A stretch of 64,000 nt of DNA from Candidatus Woesebacteria bacterium (GTDB taxonomy: Bacteria; Patescibacteriota; Microgenomatia; UBA8517): NCBI GenBank assembly GCA_963784785.1, contig CAWASW010000001.1, positions 9,312 to 73,311 of the forward strand, given 5' to 3'. The notes under the pieces are model-generated. The model was not told the origin of the DNA. It searched no databases and saw only the letters and a list, made by a program, of their open reading frames with translations. The first letter of the stretch is position 1, and the number at the start of each line of letters is the position of its first letter. Shown in pieces: positions 50,246 to 59,860 of this stretch. A program made the position numbers and the translations under genes.

Positions 50246-51262
50246 CTATTTAGGTAACTTATCTTTGAATTTGTTCTTAAGGGATTCAAGCTCTGTAATC
50301 TCTTCTTCAAGTTTTTCTTCCAACACCTCTTGTTTTGCTGTTAGTTTTTTGCTTATTAAATAACCTGCCAAAATTATTATTAATATCGAGAATATGATAA
50401 TTGCAATTAGAGTTACAGGAATTACCCATACGAAATTTTCTGCAAGCAATGTTTTGCCCGTTTCACCATAGTTTGCTACTAAATCAACTTTGTATTTACC
50501 AAACATCCATGTTTGACCTAATTTGGCTTCATAAACTCTTTTAGCATTTGGGAAAATATTTTTATCTTCAAGCGTTACACGCTCAACTTCTTTTCCAAAC
50601 CAATCGGTTAATATTATCTGTCCCTTTGGATTGATATGGTACCCACCTTTATTTACAATCTCAAAATTGACTGGAATCTTACCAAATTCTAAGAATTTTG
50701 GAGTCTTAAATAAATTTACAAATGAAGATTCTTCTACTAATCCATTAACTTTGATACTTAATAGACCAACTATTCGAGGTGACACAAAAGATACGCTTTC
50801 GTTATCTCCTGTCTCATTAATTTGCCCTGTTTGCTCAAAGATTATTGCAGCATATCGACCTCCAGCAGTAGCCTCAGTTGGTACAGTTACCTTGAAATTA
50901 ACCTTTAGAACATCTCCTGATGGAATTACTGCCTTATCAAATGGTAACTTTACCCAATCGTTGATTTGATCTTCCAATAAAACTGGTGCACCATCATCTT
51001 CTGTAACGACGAAATCGACAACCTTTAAATTTCCAGAAATCGGAACAATGCTTTCATTGAAAAATTTAATTTGCAGATTTTCTGATTTTCCGGCATCAAG
51101 CGCCACAGTCTGTCTTGCAGGAGCAACAACCAAAGGAATTTTGGCCTGAGCCAAAACTCCTTGAGGAAATAGGGTATAGGTGATAGCGAATAGGGAAAAC
51201 AGACCAGCAAAAATTAGTTTTATTTGTCTTTTATCTATAACCTGTAATCTATTCGCTATCAT
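50246..51262 (-). CDS. DUF916/DUF3324-like (WxL-interacting type) protein with C-terminal TM
   Basis: Signal peptide, P..ATAGGRYAAIIF, N.G..HINP.G.I, MFGKYK...YG. Confidence 0.7.
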   Translation of the reverse strand: MIANRLQVIDKRQIKLIFAGLFSLFAITYTLFPQGVLAQAKIPLVVAPARQTVALDAGKSENLQIKFFNESIVPISGNLKVVDFVVTEDDGAPVLLEDQINDWVKLPFDKAVIPSGDVLKVNFKVTVPTEATAGGRYAAIIFEQTGQINETGDNESVSFVSPRIVGLLSIKVNGLVEESSFVNLFKTPKFLEFGKIPVNFEIVNKGGYHINPKGQIILTDWFGKEVERVTLEDKNIFPNAKRVYEAKLGQTWMFGKYKVDLVANYGETGKTLLAENFVWVIPVTLIAIIIFSILIIILAGYLISKKLTAKQEVLEEKLEEEITELESLKNKFKDKLPK

Positions 51263-52762
51263 CTAAAATGTTGGTACCGCTGTGTACTTAACTTTATTAA
51301 AGTAATATCCTGCTGGTTGTGTTGCTGTTATATCAATTCTATAACAAACATATGCGCTTGACGAGTCGACTGGTCCAACATTTGACATTAACTCTGCAGT
51401 TGATGCACTCCTTGATTCTGATGCTTCTTGATCTGCAAATTGTTTTGCATTGAATACATCTACATTTCCTGCACCGTTGTAGTCAAATATTGCATCTGTT
51501 CCTGTTACATTTTGCAAAGAATAACCTAATCCTGGATATGCTGTTGGGTCTGAACCCCAGTCATAAAAAGTTTGATGGGTACATCCTGTACCATTACAAA
51601 CTGTATCTTTAATACAATTATTTGCTTCACCTGCTGTGGCACCAGTACAGGCAACTCCATCTTTACCCATCTGATCGTTTTCCTCAGCATATAATTTATA
51701 TCCTGCAGATGAATTAGTCGAAACAGTTAATTGATGATTAGTGTTATGAGTTGCTGCTAAATAAGTAGGAGATAATGTTCCCCAAGGTACAGAAGTCGCT
51801 GTAGTATCAGGAGAGCTTGCAGTTCTAGTGACACCACAGTATGATCCTGAATCTGTAGTTATTCCAGCAACTGTTAATGATAATGTTTCATCAATTGTGG
51901 CAGAGATTAAAACTCCTTCAACAGGGGAGACAGATACATCTGAATTATCTAATACGTTGGCCCCTGCATCTCTTGATTTTATGTTTATTTGATATGTATC
52001 TGCTTGACCTTGTGTGTGTGTTGTAAGTGGTGCTGGGTTAATAAGTCCGGGAGTAGAATCAATAGTTACAGTCATTGCAGTGCTTGCCGCACAGACTGTA
52101 GTATTTCTTGTAATTAAAACAGTGTGATCGGTTGTTCCATTTCCTGCTGTAATTGAGGTAACTGTCCAGTTACTGTCGGTACATCCTGTGACAGTAATGT
52201 CAGTTGTTGTTATACCTTTTATGTCGAAACCGTTATTTGCTTTGGTTGCTGCTGTATCTGGAAATCCATCATTTGTTTTACCGGCAGATTTTACGGCTGG
52301 AATTGTGACTAAGATTGTTCCTGAGACTGGAATTTGGTTTACAGTTGTAAATCCTAAGGTCAAACTTCCTGATTGAGTAGCTACAACATAGGCCGTGCTC
52401 TCTAGAGTGGTAGAAAGTGCAGTGGAAGTATTAAATACAGTACCACTAATAATGTTTGCTACATTGTAATTAACACTCCCAAGACACCCTGTTTCAAGAG
52501 ATCCTTCAAAACAGATATTGTCTTTGGGAAATAAATGATTAGTGTCATTATCAGCATTTCCTGAAGCATCAATTGTCACCGTAGATGTTCCTGTTGTTCC
52601 AGAAGTTACACCCGCTTTATATGAAAATCTAGAATTAGATAATGTGGCTGATGCAGCAGTAAAATTAGCACTATGTGTTTTTTTGGCTGGTTTTATAAAA
52701 TTATAGGTCAGTGAAATCACCACTAAAATTAAAGCCCAAAAAACTATTTTCTTTTTTTCCAT
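51263..52762 (-). CDS. Secreted WxL-like surface protein
   Basis: Signal peptide, ISATIDETLSLTV, LTVSTNSSAGY, C-terminal QPAGYY...YTAVPTF. Confidence 0.65.
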   Translation of the reverse strand: MEKKKIVFWALILVVISLTYNFIKPAKKTHSANFTAASATLSNSRFSYKAGVTSGTTGTSTVTIDASGNADNDTNHLFPKDNICFEGSLETGCLGSVNYNVANIISGTVFNTSTALSTTLESTAYVVATQSGSLTLGFTTVNQIPVSGTILVTIPAVKSAGKTNDGFPDTAATKANNGFDIKGITTTDITVTGCTDSNWTVTSITAGNGTTDHTVLITRNTTVCAASTAMTVTIDSTPGLINPAPLTTHTQGQADTYQINIKSRDAGANVLDNSDVSVSPVEGVLISATIDETLSLTVAGITTDSGSYCGVTRTASSPDTTATSVPWGTLSPTYLAATHNTNHQLTVSTNSSAGYKLYAEENDQMGKDGVACTGATAGEANNCIKDTVCNGTGCTHQTFYDWGSDPTAYPGLGYSLQNVTGTDAIFDYNGAGNVDVFNAKQFADQEASESRSASTAELMSNVGPVDSSSAYVCYRIDITATQPAGYYFNKVKYTAVPTF

Positions 52763-53676
52763 AATATCAGTATTCCTTTAGACTTAAACAATGTCAATAG
52801 CATAATTATTAAACCTAATAATGAATAGGGGAAGGCAAATGTAGTTATATCTTTTTTATAAACTAATGCCTCATCATCTAATCTAAATTCAATTGATGAC
52901 GTAATCTTTCCGATCCTAAACTTATTTTGAAGTCCACATTCTTTTAAATCTTCATAATTAACACATTTTATAGTTCGCGAAGTTCCTGAAAGTATATTTT
53001 GAGGAGCTAACTTTAATGTTTCGTCTGTAGTTTTAATTTTTCCAATAGGTTTCCAAAAAGAATTTCCGTTATTTTTAATCAATATTTTGTAATTAATTTT
53101 TCCGAATACTGAATCAATTATTTTTGGAGCGCTAAAATCAATAATCTCTGCAGATTTTTTTGGATTTCCGTCTTTTGATATGGTAACTAATATGTTTGTA
53201 CCAATTTGAGTTTGATATAAGGTTGCATTTTGCTCCAAGATATCAGCTGGAGCATCACTTTCAAAAAACAGTGTTAAGAAATGATCTACTTCTTCTGTGT
53301 TTTCTGGAGGGGATATTAATACATTGAAATCAATTTTGTCTCCACCTTTTAATTTTATGGGATCTTTACTGTATTTAATCCACTCTGGAGCTTTATCCTT
53401 TGTTAACTCGATATTTCCATTTGTGTCAGTTGGAGAAAAATAAACCAAATCAGGTATAAGTGTCACATCGCCGCCGTTATTTGTCAGTGTATAAATTTGG
53501 TTAATTTCCTTTCCAGGTTTAATTGTTAATTCAAAAAGGGGAGGGCTCACTGAAAGTGAGATGGCCTGAGCATTAACAGCATTGGCAAAATATAAAGTAC
53601 GAAGTATGAAGTATGAAAAAATGATAACAAATACAGAAATATTTTTTTTTGTTAATTTTCGTAATTCATAATTCAT
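52744..53676 (-). CDS. DUF916-like protein with C-terminal TM (paralog of 50246..51262)
   Basis: LSVSPPLFEL.IKPG, IKNNGNSFWKP.G.I. Confidence 0.65.
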   Translation of the reverse strand: MNYELRKLTKKNISVFVIIFSYFILRTLYFANAVNAQAISLSVSPPLFELTIKPGKEINQIYTLTNNGGDVTLIPDLVYFSPTDTNGNIELTKDKAPEWIKYSKDPIKLKGGDKIDFNVLISPPENTEEVDHFLTLFFESDAPADILEQNATLYQTQIGTNILVTISKDGNPKKSAEIIDFSAPKIIDSVFGKINYKILIKNNGNSFWKPIGKIKTTDETLKLAPQNILSGTSRTIKCVNYEDLKECGLQNKFRIGKITSSIEFRLDDEALVYKKDITTFAFPYSLLGLIIMLLTLFKSKGILILWKKRK

Positions 53677-53687
53677 AATTTGTAATT

Positions 53688-54473
53688 TTAATAGCTTGGT
53701 ATTGCTGTAAACATAATTATATTCTTATAAACACCAGATGGTTGAACTGATCCAACATTAACTTTGTAAGTAATTGTTGCAGTTCTTGCGCTCCCAACAT
53801 TGCTAGAAGTCATAATAGTGGCGGCTGCTTCTGCCGAATTCCTGTCTGAAAATTGTCTAAAATAGGTGCTGTTAGTAAAATCAGCCGCGATGTCGTCTCC
53901 TGTCATATTAAATCCAAATCCGTATTTGGTTGTGGATGTCCAAGTGGCTGCTGTTGTTTCACTGCAAGTTGTATTACATAATGTATCTACAATGTCGTTT
54001 GCTCCGTCTGATGTTTGCATTGGATGATTTTCAGAAGCTTTTATGTTGTAGCCTCCTGCACCACCATTTGAAACTACTAATGTAGAGGTTGCTGTTGCTG
54101 GAGTGTCTGGAGAGAGCGTTCCAAAATTTATTTGTATGTCGCTTACAGAGAAGCTAAAAGGAATTATTGAATTAATATATTGAAATCCTGATTTTGTTCT
54201 ATGCCCAGCTGATGAATATAACCCTGGGGCTGTTTGTCCTATTGTTGTATTCAAATTGTAATTTGTTGATGTTGGTATTCCAGCGCCAGAATTAAAATTA
54301 GGGAAAACTATGCGGTAGTTGGGAGACTCAATTCTTTCCTGAGCATGGACAGGAAATGGCAATAACCAAGCACCAATGATCAAGCAAATTATAAAACTTA
54401 AATTCCAATAAAATAAATTTTTAGATTTAATATTTTGGATTTTGATATTGTTTGGACGTTGGTTATTGAACAT
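53688..54473 (-). CDS. Secreted WxL-like surface protein
   Basis: S.NYRI, INFGTLSP, GGY, C-terminal QPSGVY.N.I.FTAIPSY. Confidence 0.65.
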   Translation of the reverse strand: MFNNQRPNNIKIQNIKSKNLFYWNLSFIICLIIGAWLLPFPVHAQERIESPNYRIVFPNFNSGAGIPTSTNYNLNTTIGQTAPGLYSSAGHRTKSGFQYINSIIPFSFSVSDIQINFGTLSPDTPATATSTLVVSNGGAGGYNIKASENHPMQTSDGANDIVDTLCNTTCSETTAATWTSTTKYGFGFNMTGDDIAADFTNSTYFRQFSDRNSAEAAATIMTSSNVGSARTATITYKVNVGSVQPSGVYKNIIMFTAIPSY

Positions 54474-54795
54474 TGGTCATTCTTTGAATCTCTGATTCGA
54501 GTACTTTTTCTTCAGTTTTAAGTTCTCTAACCACTTCTTCTGCTTTTACTTTTTTTGCTTCAACTGCTCGTAGGCGAGTAATTAAGTAAATGATTATTCC
54601 TAAAGATAGAAAGAAATAAATTATGATCCAAAAAGATAATTGAAATATTTCGACCCAAGCAATAACTAGAATCGAAGTGACGATTGCTGTAGCTAAATCA
54701 ATCCATTTCCTGACATGTATATAAATTTCGTTTTTACGAAACAAAAAATGTGAGCTAATATAAAGAATAATAATAAAGGCCAAAATCCAAAGCAT
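54463..54795 (-). CDS. Small 3-TM protein with coiled-coil tail
   Basis: 110 aa; first gene of the surface operon, TAGAAT 6 nt before ATG. Confidence 0.7.
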   Translation of the reverse strand: MLWILAFIIILYISSHFLFRKNEIYIHVRKWIDLATAIVTSILVIAWVEIFQLSFWIIIYFFLSLGIIIYLITRLRAVEAKKVKAEEVVRELKTEEKVLESEIQRMTNVQ

Positions 54796-54809
54796 GTTTT
54801 TATTCTAGA

Positions 54810-55070
54810 CTATTCTTCCAATCCTGTATAGATAAATTGTTTTATTAGTGTTTGATAGGGGATATCTTTCTGATGAGCTTTTACTTTTACCCTATTTAAC
54901 AATGCTTCAGGCATTCTTATCGTAATTGGCGCTGATGTTAGTTTTAGATTTGGAAATATCCATTTTTCAGCCTTCGACCAGTCTACATATTCAGTAGAAT
55001 CAGCTTTTTGCCAGAAAAGTCTTTCTTCTTTTTCTGTTTTAAATTTTGGTATCTTTTTTAAATTTGACAT
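54810..55070 (-). CDS. brnA: BrnA/CopG-like antitoxin
   Basis: IPKFKTE.EE..FW, ITIRMP..LL..VK..A....IPYQTLIK. Confidence 0.88.
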   Translation of the reverse strand: MSNLKKIPKFKTEKEERLFWQKADSTEYVDWSKAEKWIFPNLKLTSAPITIRMPEALLNRVKVKAHQKDIPYQTLIKQFIYTGLEE

Positions 55071-55356
55071 ATTTTAGCACCTCCTTTTTATGCATTTTCC
55101 TTGCAGATATCACTCGAACCTTTTTATTTCTTAGTGTAAACACTATAAATAGATTTGATTTGTTCAATGTCTGGCCCACAATTATAAATCTCTCTTCAAC
55201 CTGAGCATGTTTTATGTCGGGAATCACAAATGATCCATCGTTTATAAAAACTTCCTCAGTTTCTTTTGGTAAAACTCCATGTTTTAGATAACTTTTGTCT
55301 AAATTTCCACTATCCCAATCAAACCTGGTAAATTTACCCTTAACCTGCATGTACAT
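55039..55356 (-). CDS. brnT: BrnT family toxin
   Basis: FDWD.GN..K...KHGV, EERF..VG, VRVISARKM...E. Confidence 0.9.
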   Translation of the reverse strand: MYMQVKGKFTRFDWDSGNLDKSYLKHGVLPKETEEVFINDGSFVIPDIKHAQVEERFIIVGQTLNKSNLFIVFTLRNKKVRVISARKMHKKEVLKYVKFKKDTKI

Positions 55357-55371
55357 ATATTATATGTACAT
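55349..55371. promoter_or_regulatory. Perfect palindrome, candidate BrnA operator
   Basis: ATGTACATATA-T-TATATGTACAT at the brnT start. Confidence 0.7.
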
Positions 55372-55405
55372 TTAGTATTTGTCAATATATGTTAAAATGT
55401 GAATT

Positions 55406-57727
55406 ATGATAAATAGCTATGATCACAAGAAGATAGAAGCCAAATGGCAAGAGCAGTGGGAGAAGGATGGAACATACAAAACATCAACAAAAAAAGGTAA
55501 GAAAAGATACGTTTTGGATATGTTTCCTTATCCTTCAGGTGCTTCAATGCATGTTGGTCATTTAGAGGGTTATGTAGGGACTGATATTATAAGTAGATAT
55601 TTAAGGATGAAAGGCTTTGATATTTTGCATCCAATGGGCTGGGATGCTTTTGGACTACCTGCAGAAAACTTTGCAATTAAAACAGGAGTACATCCTAACA
55701 AAGAGACACACAAAAATATAGAAATTTTTAAGAAACAGTTAATAGCTTCTGGTCTTTCTTACGACTGGGACAAAGAGATAGATACTTCAAGCCCTGAATT
55801 CTACAAATGGACACAGTGGTTATTCATAGAGTTATTTAAAAAAGGCTTAGCATATAAAAAGAAATCTCCAGTTAATTGGTGCCCAAAAGACGAAACTGTT
55901 CTTGCTAATGAACAAGTAGAGGATGGAAAGTGTGAGAGATGTGACACACCTGTTGTCAAAAAAGATCTTGATCAATGGTTTTTCAAAATTACTGATTATG
56001 CTGATAGATTAATAGACGGTTTGAGTGGTATTGATTGGTTAGAAGAAGTCAAAACCCAACAGAAAAATTGGATAGGGAAGTCAGAGGGGATGAAAATAAA
56101 GTTTGCAGTCAAGAATTCTGACGAAATTTTAGAAGTTTTTACAACTCGCCCTGATACTCTAGATTCTGTTACATTCCTGGCGATAGCCACCGGTCTAGTT
56201 ACTGCATCTAAAAAGTTTGAAGCCCTAGACAAAGTAAAAGAAAAACTTGGAGAATTTACAGGGAAGTTTGCAATCTCTCCACTTGATGGGCGAGAACTTC
56301 CTATTTGGGAAACAAATTATGTAGTTGAAGGTTATGGAACTGGTGTTGTTATGGGGGTCCCTGCATATGATGAACGTGATGCAGACTTTGCTACTAAGTA
56401 TTGTATTGATATAGTTAAAAAGCCATTAAACAACGATCTTTGGGAAATTCTAGAAAAGAAAAAGTTAGGAGTAAAAGAGACAAATTATCATATACGTGAC
56501 TGGCTGATAAGTAGACAGCGTTATTGGGGTTGTCCAATTCCTATGATTTACTGTGAGAAATGTAAATGGAATCCTGTTCCAGAAGATCAGTTGCCAGTAC
56601 TTTTACCAACTGATGTTGATTTCTTGCCACACGGCGAATCTCCAATCGCAAGATCTACTAGTTTTCAGAAAGATGTAGTGTGTCCTAGTTGTGGTAAGCC
56701 AGCTAAAAGAGAAGTTGACACCATGGACACATATGTTGATTCCTCATGGTACTTTCTAAGATTCTGCGATCCAAAAAATAAGAAAGAATTTGCAAGTAAA
56801 GACAAAATTATTCCTGTTGATGATTATGTTGGTGGAGGTCACGTAGTTCAGCATTTGTTATTTGCCAGATTTTTTTGGAAAGTATTGTTTGATTTAGGTT
56901 ATATAGATAAAAGCGTTGGTGATGAACCATTTCTAAAATTAAGAGCTCCAGGTTGGATACTTGGACCAGACTCTAGAAAGATGAGTAAAAGGTGGGGAAA
57001 TGTGGTTACACCTGATGATATTATTCCAAAATTTGGAGCAGATACCTTAAGAGTTTATGAAATGTTTATGGGGCCATTTGACATTATGAAACCTTGGAGC
57101 GTGGAGGGTGTTGAAGGTGCTCATCGTTTCCTTGGGCGTGTCTGGCGATTATTCCAGAACGAAGGCAAACTCCTCGGGGGTGGCCGAATGGACTCCCCAG
57201 AGGTGGGTGCCGTTGTCAGTAAAATGCACAAGACAATTAAAAAAGTGGGAGAAGATATTGAAAATTATAAGTTCAATACGGCAATTTCTTCCATAATGGA
57301 GTTTGTTAATACAATTTCTTCAGTTGACAGCGGGTCCTCGCTCCTTCGGGTTGCTTCGCAGACCAGTCGCTCAGCTTCCGCCGATCAACACGAAATTTTG
57401 ACCAATTTATGTAAATTGCTTGCTCCATTTGCACCACACATGATGGAGGAAGTTTGGCACGAAGTATTGGGCAATAAGACTTCAATTCATTTGTCGAAGT
57501 GGCCTGAATACGATGAAAAGTATTTACAAGTAGAACAGGTAGTAATGGTATTACAGGTTAACGGCAAGCTGCGAGGCACAGTTACAGTGAATAAAGAACA
57601 GGCTACGGACAAAGAATTTGTCATAAAACTTGCAAAATCTGACGAAAAAGTAGCACAATGGTTGATAAATGGAGGAATTACGAAAGAAATATTCATCCCT
57701 AACAAACTTGTTAACTTCGTCGTCTAA
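55406..57727 (+). CDS. leuS: Leucine--tRNA ligase
   Basis: MFPYPSG..HVGH, GWDAFGLPAEN, DWLISRQRYWG, KMSKRWGN, LQVNGKLRG. Confidence 0.98.
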   Translation: MINSYDHKKIEAKWQEQWEKDGTYKTSTKKGKKRYVLDMFPYPSGASMHVGHLEGYVGTDIISRYLRMKGFDILHPMGWDAFGLPAENFAIKTGVHPNKETHKNIEIFKKQLIASGLSYDWDKEIDTSSPEFYKWTQWLFIELFKKGLAYKKKSPVNWCPKDETVLANEQVEDGKCERCDTPVVKKDLDQWFFKITDYADRLIDGLSGIDWLEEVKTQQKNWIGKSEGMKIKFAVKNSDEILEVFTTRPDTLDSVTFLAIATGLVTASKKFEALDKVKEKLGEFTGKFAISPLDGRELPIWETNYVVEGYGTGVVMGVPAYDERDADFATKYCIDIVKKPLNNDLWEILEKKKLGVKETNYHIRDWLISRQRYWGCPIPMIYCEKCKWNPVPEDQLPVLLPTDVDFLPHGESPIARSTSFQKDVVCPSCGKPAKREVDTMDTYVDSSWYFLRFCDPKNKKEFASKDKIIPVDDYVGGGHVVQHLLFARFFWKVLFDLGYIDKSVGDEPFLKLRAPGWILGPDSRKMSKRWGNVVTPDDIIPKFGADTLRVYEMFMGPFDIMKPWSVEGVEGAHRFLGRVWRLFQNEGKLLGGGRMDSPEVGAVVSKMHKTIKKVGEDIENYKFNTAISSIMEFVNTISSVDSGSSLLRVASQTSRSASADQHEILTNLCKLLAPFAPHMMEEVWHEVLGNKTSIHLSKWPEYDEKYLQVEQVVMVLQVNGKLRGTVTVNKEQATDKEFVIKLAKSDEKVAQWLINGGITKEIFIPNKLVNFVV

Positions 57728-57829
57728 TTTAGTTATCTTTTTTCTTCTAGGACTTATCTTAATCGGTTTTGGGGTGTTGACGTATAAAACAGATGCATTT
57801 TCCAGTGGAGATAAAGTAGAGATCTTAAA

Positions 57830-58346
57830 TCTTCTGCACATTAATCCCCAGCCTTTAGGCTGGTGGAGCAAGTATAGTTTGTGGCATACTTGAGGGAAAT
57901 GTTAAAGTACTGGCATGGTGCACACACAAAGCACAGAATTATGATTCATTTGGTATTTTTACCAAAATACAGAAAAAGGATATTACGTGGCAAAGTAGCT
58001 ACAAGACTTAAAGACTTATTCTTCAAAGCATGTGAGGTTAACAACTGGTGGATTGAAGAAATTACAATATTGCATGATCATGTACATATGCTTATACAAA
58101 TCCAACCAAACTTGTCCATCTCAAAAGTTGTTAACCAACTGAAAGGTGGTTCATCAAGAATCTTAAGGAAAGAATTTCCAGAGTTAGAAGAATTTCTTTG
58201 GGGTGACTCATTCTGGTCTGATGGCTACTTTGCAGAATCAGTGGGTGCAACAAGTTTCATCCAGGTTAAAAAATACATTAAAAATCAAGTGGAAAGTATG
58301 CCACAGAAGGGGTAAAACCATGGCATTTATGCCATGTGTTTTTTAT
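57830..58346 (+). mobile_element. IS200/IS605 family element (tnpA only, 517 bp)
   Basis: Left hairpin CCAGCC-TTTA-GGCTGG; right hairpin CATGGCAT-TT-ATGCCATG; no TSD; inserted after TAAA and ends TTAT; boundaries ambiguous by 1 nt. Confidence 0.9.
57881..58315 (+). CDS. tnpA: IS200 Y1 HUH transposase
   Basis: HLVFLPKYRK, DHVHML, LKGGSS, FWSDGYF, KKYI.NQ. Confidence 0.96.
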   Translation: MAYLREMLKYWHGAHTKHRIMIHLVFLPKYRKRILRGKVATRLKDLFFKACEVNNWWIEEITILHDHVHMLIQIQPNLSISKVVNQLKGGSSRILRKEFPELEEFLWGDSFWSDGYFAESVGATSFIQVKKYIKNQVESMPQKG

Positions 58347-58801
58347 TTCAACTAACGCAGGTCCTGAGATTTCTCAGGACTTGGTAGTTGAAATTTCTGG
58401 AGCTGTTCAAAATCCTAATGTCTACAAATTGCCAAGTGGGTCAAGGATTGATGATTTGTTGATTTCCGCAGGAGGTCTTGCGGCAGATGCTGATAGAATT
58501 TGGGTCGAGAAAAATATTAATAAAGCAGCCAAATTAGTTGATGGACAGAAGTTGTACATATATCACTTAGGAGAGGCGAGTGCTAAAAATGATGGGGGTA
58601 TCAAACCATATCAAGAGGTAATAGGGTATAGTGCACAGGGTTTAGTTAATATCAACACATCTAGCCGGTCGGAGCTGGAGGAGCTGACTGGAATTGGCCC
58701 TGTTTACGCCACAAATATCATTGAACACAGACCTTACTCAGATGTTCAAGAATTAGTAACTAAGGGAGCAATTAATCAAAAAGTTTTGGAAAAAATCAAA
58801 A

Positions 58802-59860
58802 ATGCGATTTCTACATATTAGTTGGTTAATTATATTTTTACTAATTTTATTAAGATTTTATTCTACTAAACCAACTTTTAAAAACGGCGATTTAGTAAGG
58901 ATAACGTCAAGGGTTTACAGCGAACCAATTAATTTTGACAGACAACAATATCTAAAACTTCAAGGACTTAAAGTATATCTTCCCAAAATTCCAGAAATAA
59001 CATATGGGGATAACATTGTTATAACCGGTCAAGTTAGTCAAGACAAACTTGTTAGTCCAAAACTTGAATCGATAGATGATTCAAGATTTATGATTTACGA
59101 TTTAAGAGAAAAACTAATATTTTTCTACAAGACTACGCTTCCTGAACCATATTCTAGCCTTGTTGCGGGCATAGTAATTGGTTCAAAAAATATGCCCCAA
59201 AACTTCTGGGATAAGTTAAAAGCAACTGGAACTGCCCATGTCGTCGTTGCCTCAGGTACAAATGTGACAATGACTGTTGGATTTTTAATTGCCATCCTCA
59301 CCACCTTTATAAAAAGAAGGACTGCAATTTGGATTACACTCTCGGGAATTTTAGGCTATGTAATTTTATCAGGCATGGAAGCTCCAATTGTTAGAGCCGG
59401 AATAATGGGAAGCATATTACTTTTTAGTCAGGAAGAGGGGAGGATCGCAAATACTTGGAGAATACTTATATATTCTGGAGTAATAATGCTACTTATTAAG
59501 CCCGCATGGCTAACTGATCTTGGTTTTATACTCTCATATGTGGCAACTATTTCCCTCATGCTAATGCAGAAAAAAATAGATTTAAGGCTAAAATTAATTC
59601 CCGCAGTCTTCCGTGAAGGATTATCTACCTCAATTGCAGCTCAGATCGGTGTCGCTCCAATTATTTACATGACCTTTGGACAGTTTAATATTCTGTCACC
59701 AATCATAAATGCCTTAATACTTTGGACAATTCCCTATATCATGGTCTTGGGAGCAGTTGGTGGGGCAGTAGGTCTAATCGTGCCTGTAATTGGCAAAATG
59801 ATACTATATGTTATGTTTCCACTATTATGGTATTTCGAAAAAATATTATCTATTTTCTAA
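58802..59860 (+). CDS. comEC: ComEC competence (membrane channel) domain
   Basis: GTAHVVVASGTNV, PIVRAGIM, DLGFILSY.AT, AQ....PI. Confidence 0.92.
   Translation: MRFLHISWLIIFLLILLRFYSTKPTFKNGDLVRITSRVYSEPINFDRQQYLKLQGLKVYLPKIPEITYGDNIVITGQVSQDKLVSPKLESIDDSRFMIYDLREKLIFFYKTTLPEPYSSLVAGIVIGSKNMPQNFWDKLKATGTAHVVVASGTNVTMTVGFLIAILTTFIKRRTAIWITLSGILGYVILSGMEAPIVRAGIMGSILLFSQEEGRIANTWRILIYSGVIMLLIKPAWLTDLGFILSYVATISLMLMQKKIDLRLKLIPAVFREGLSTSIAAQIGVAPIIYMTFGQFNILSPIINALILWTIPYIMVLGAVGGAVGLIVPVIGKMILYVMFPLLWYFEKILSIF

Larger units (their letters stand above)
57669..58821 (+). pseudogene. comEA: ComEA (TM-SLBB-HhH) interrupted by IS200
   Basis: IS removal restores ..DKVEILNSTNAGPE..VVEISGAV.NP.VY; VNINT....LEELTGIGPVYA. 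Confidence 0.9.

Noticed and set aside
57830-58346. TnpB/omegaRNA system
   Set aside because: Element is 517 bp with tnpA only; no tnpB
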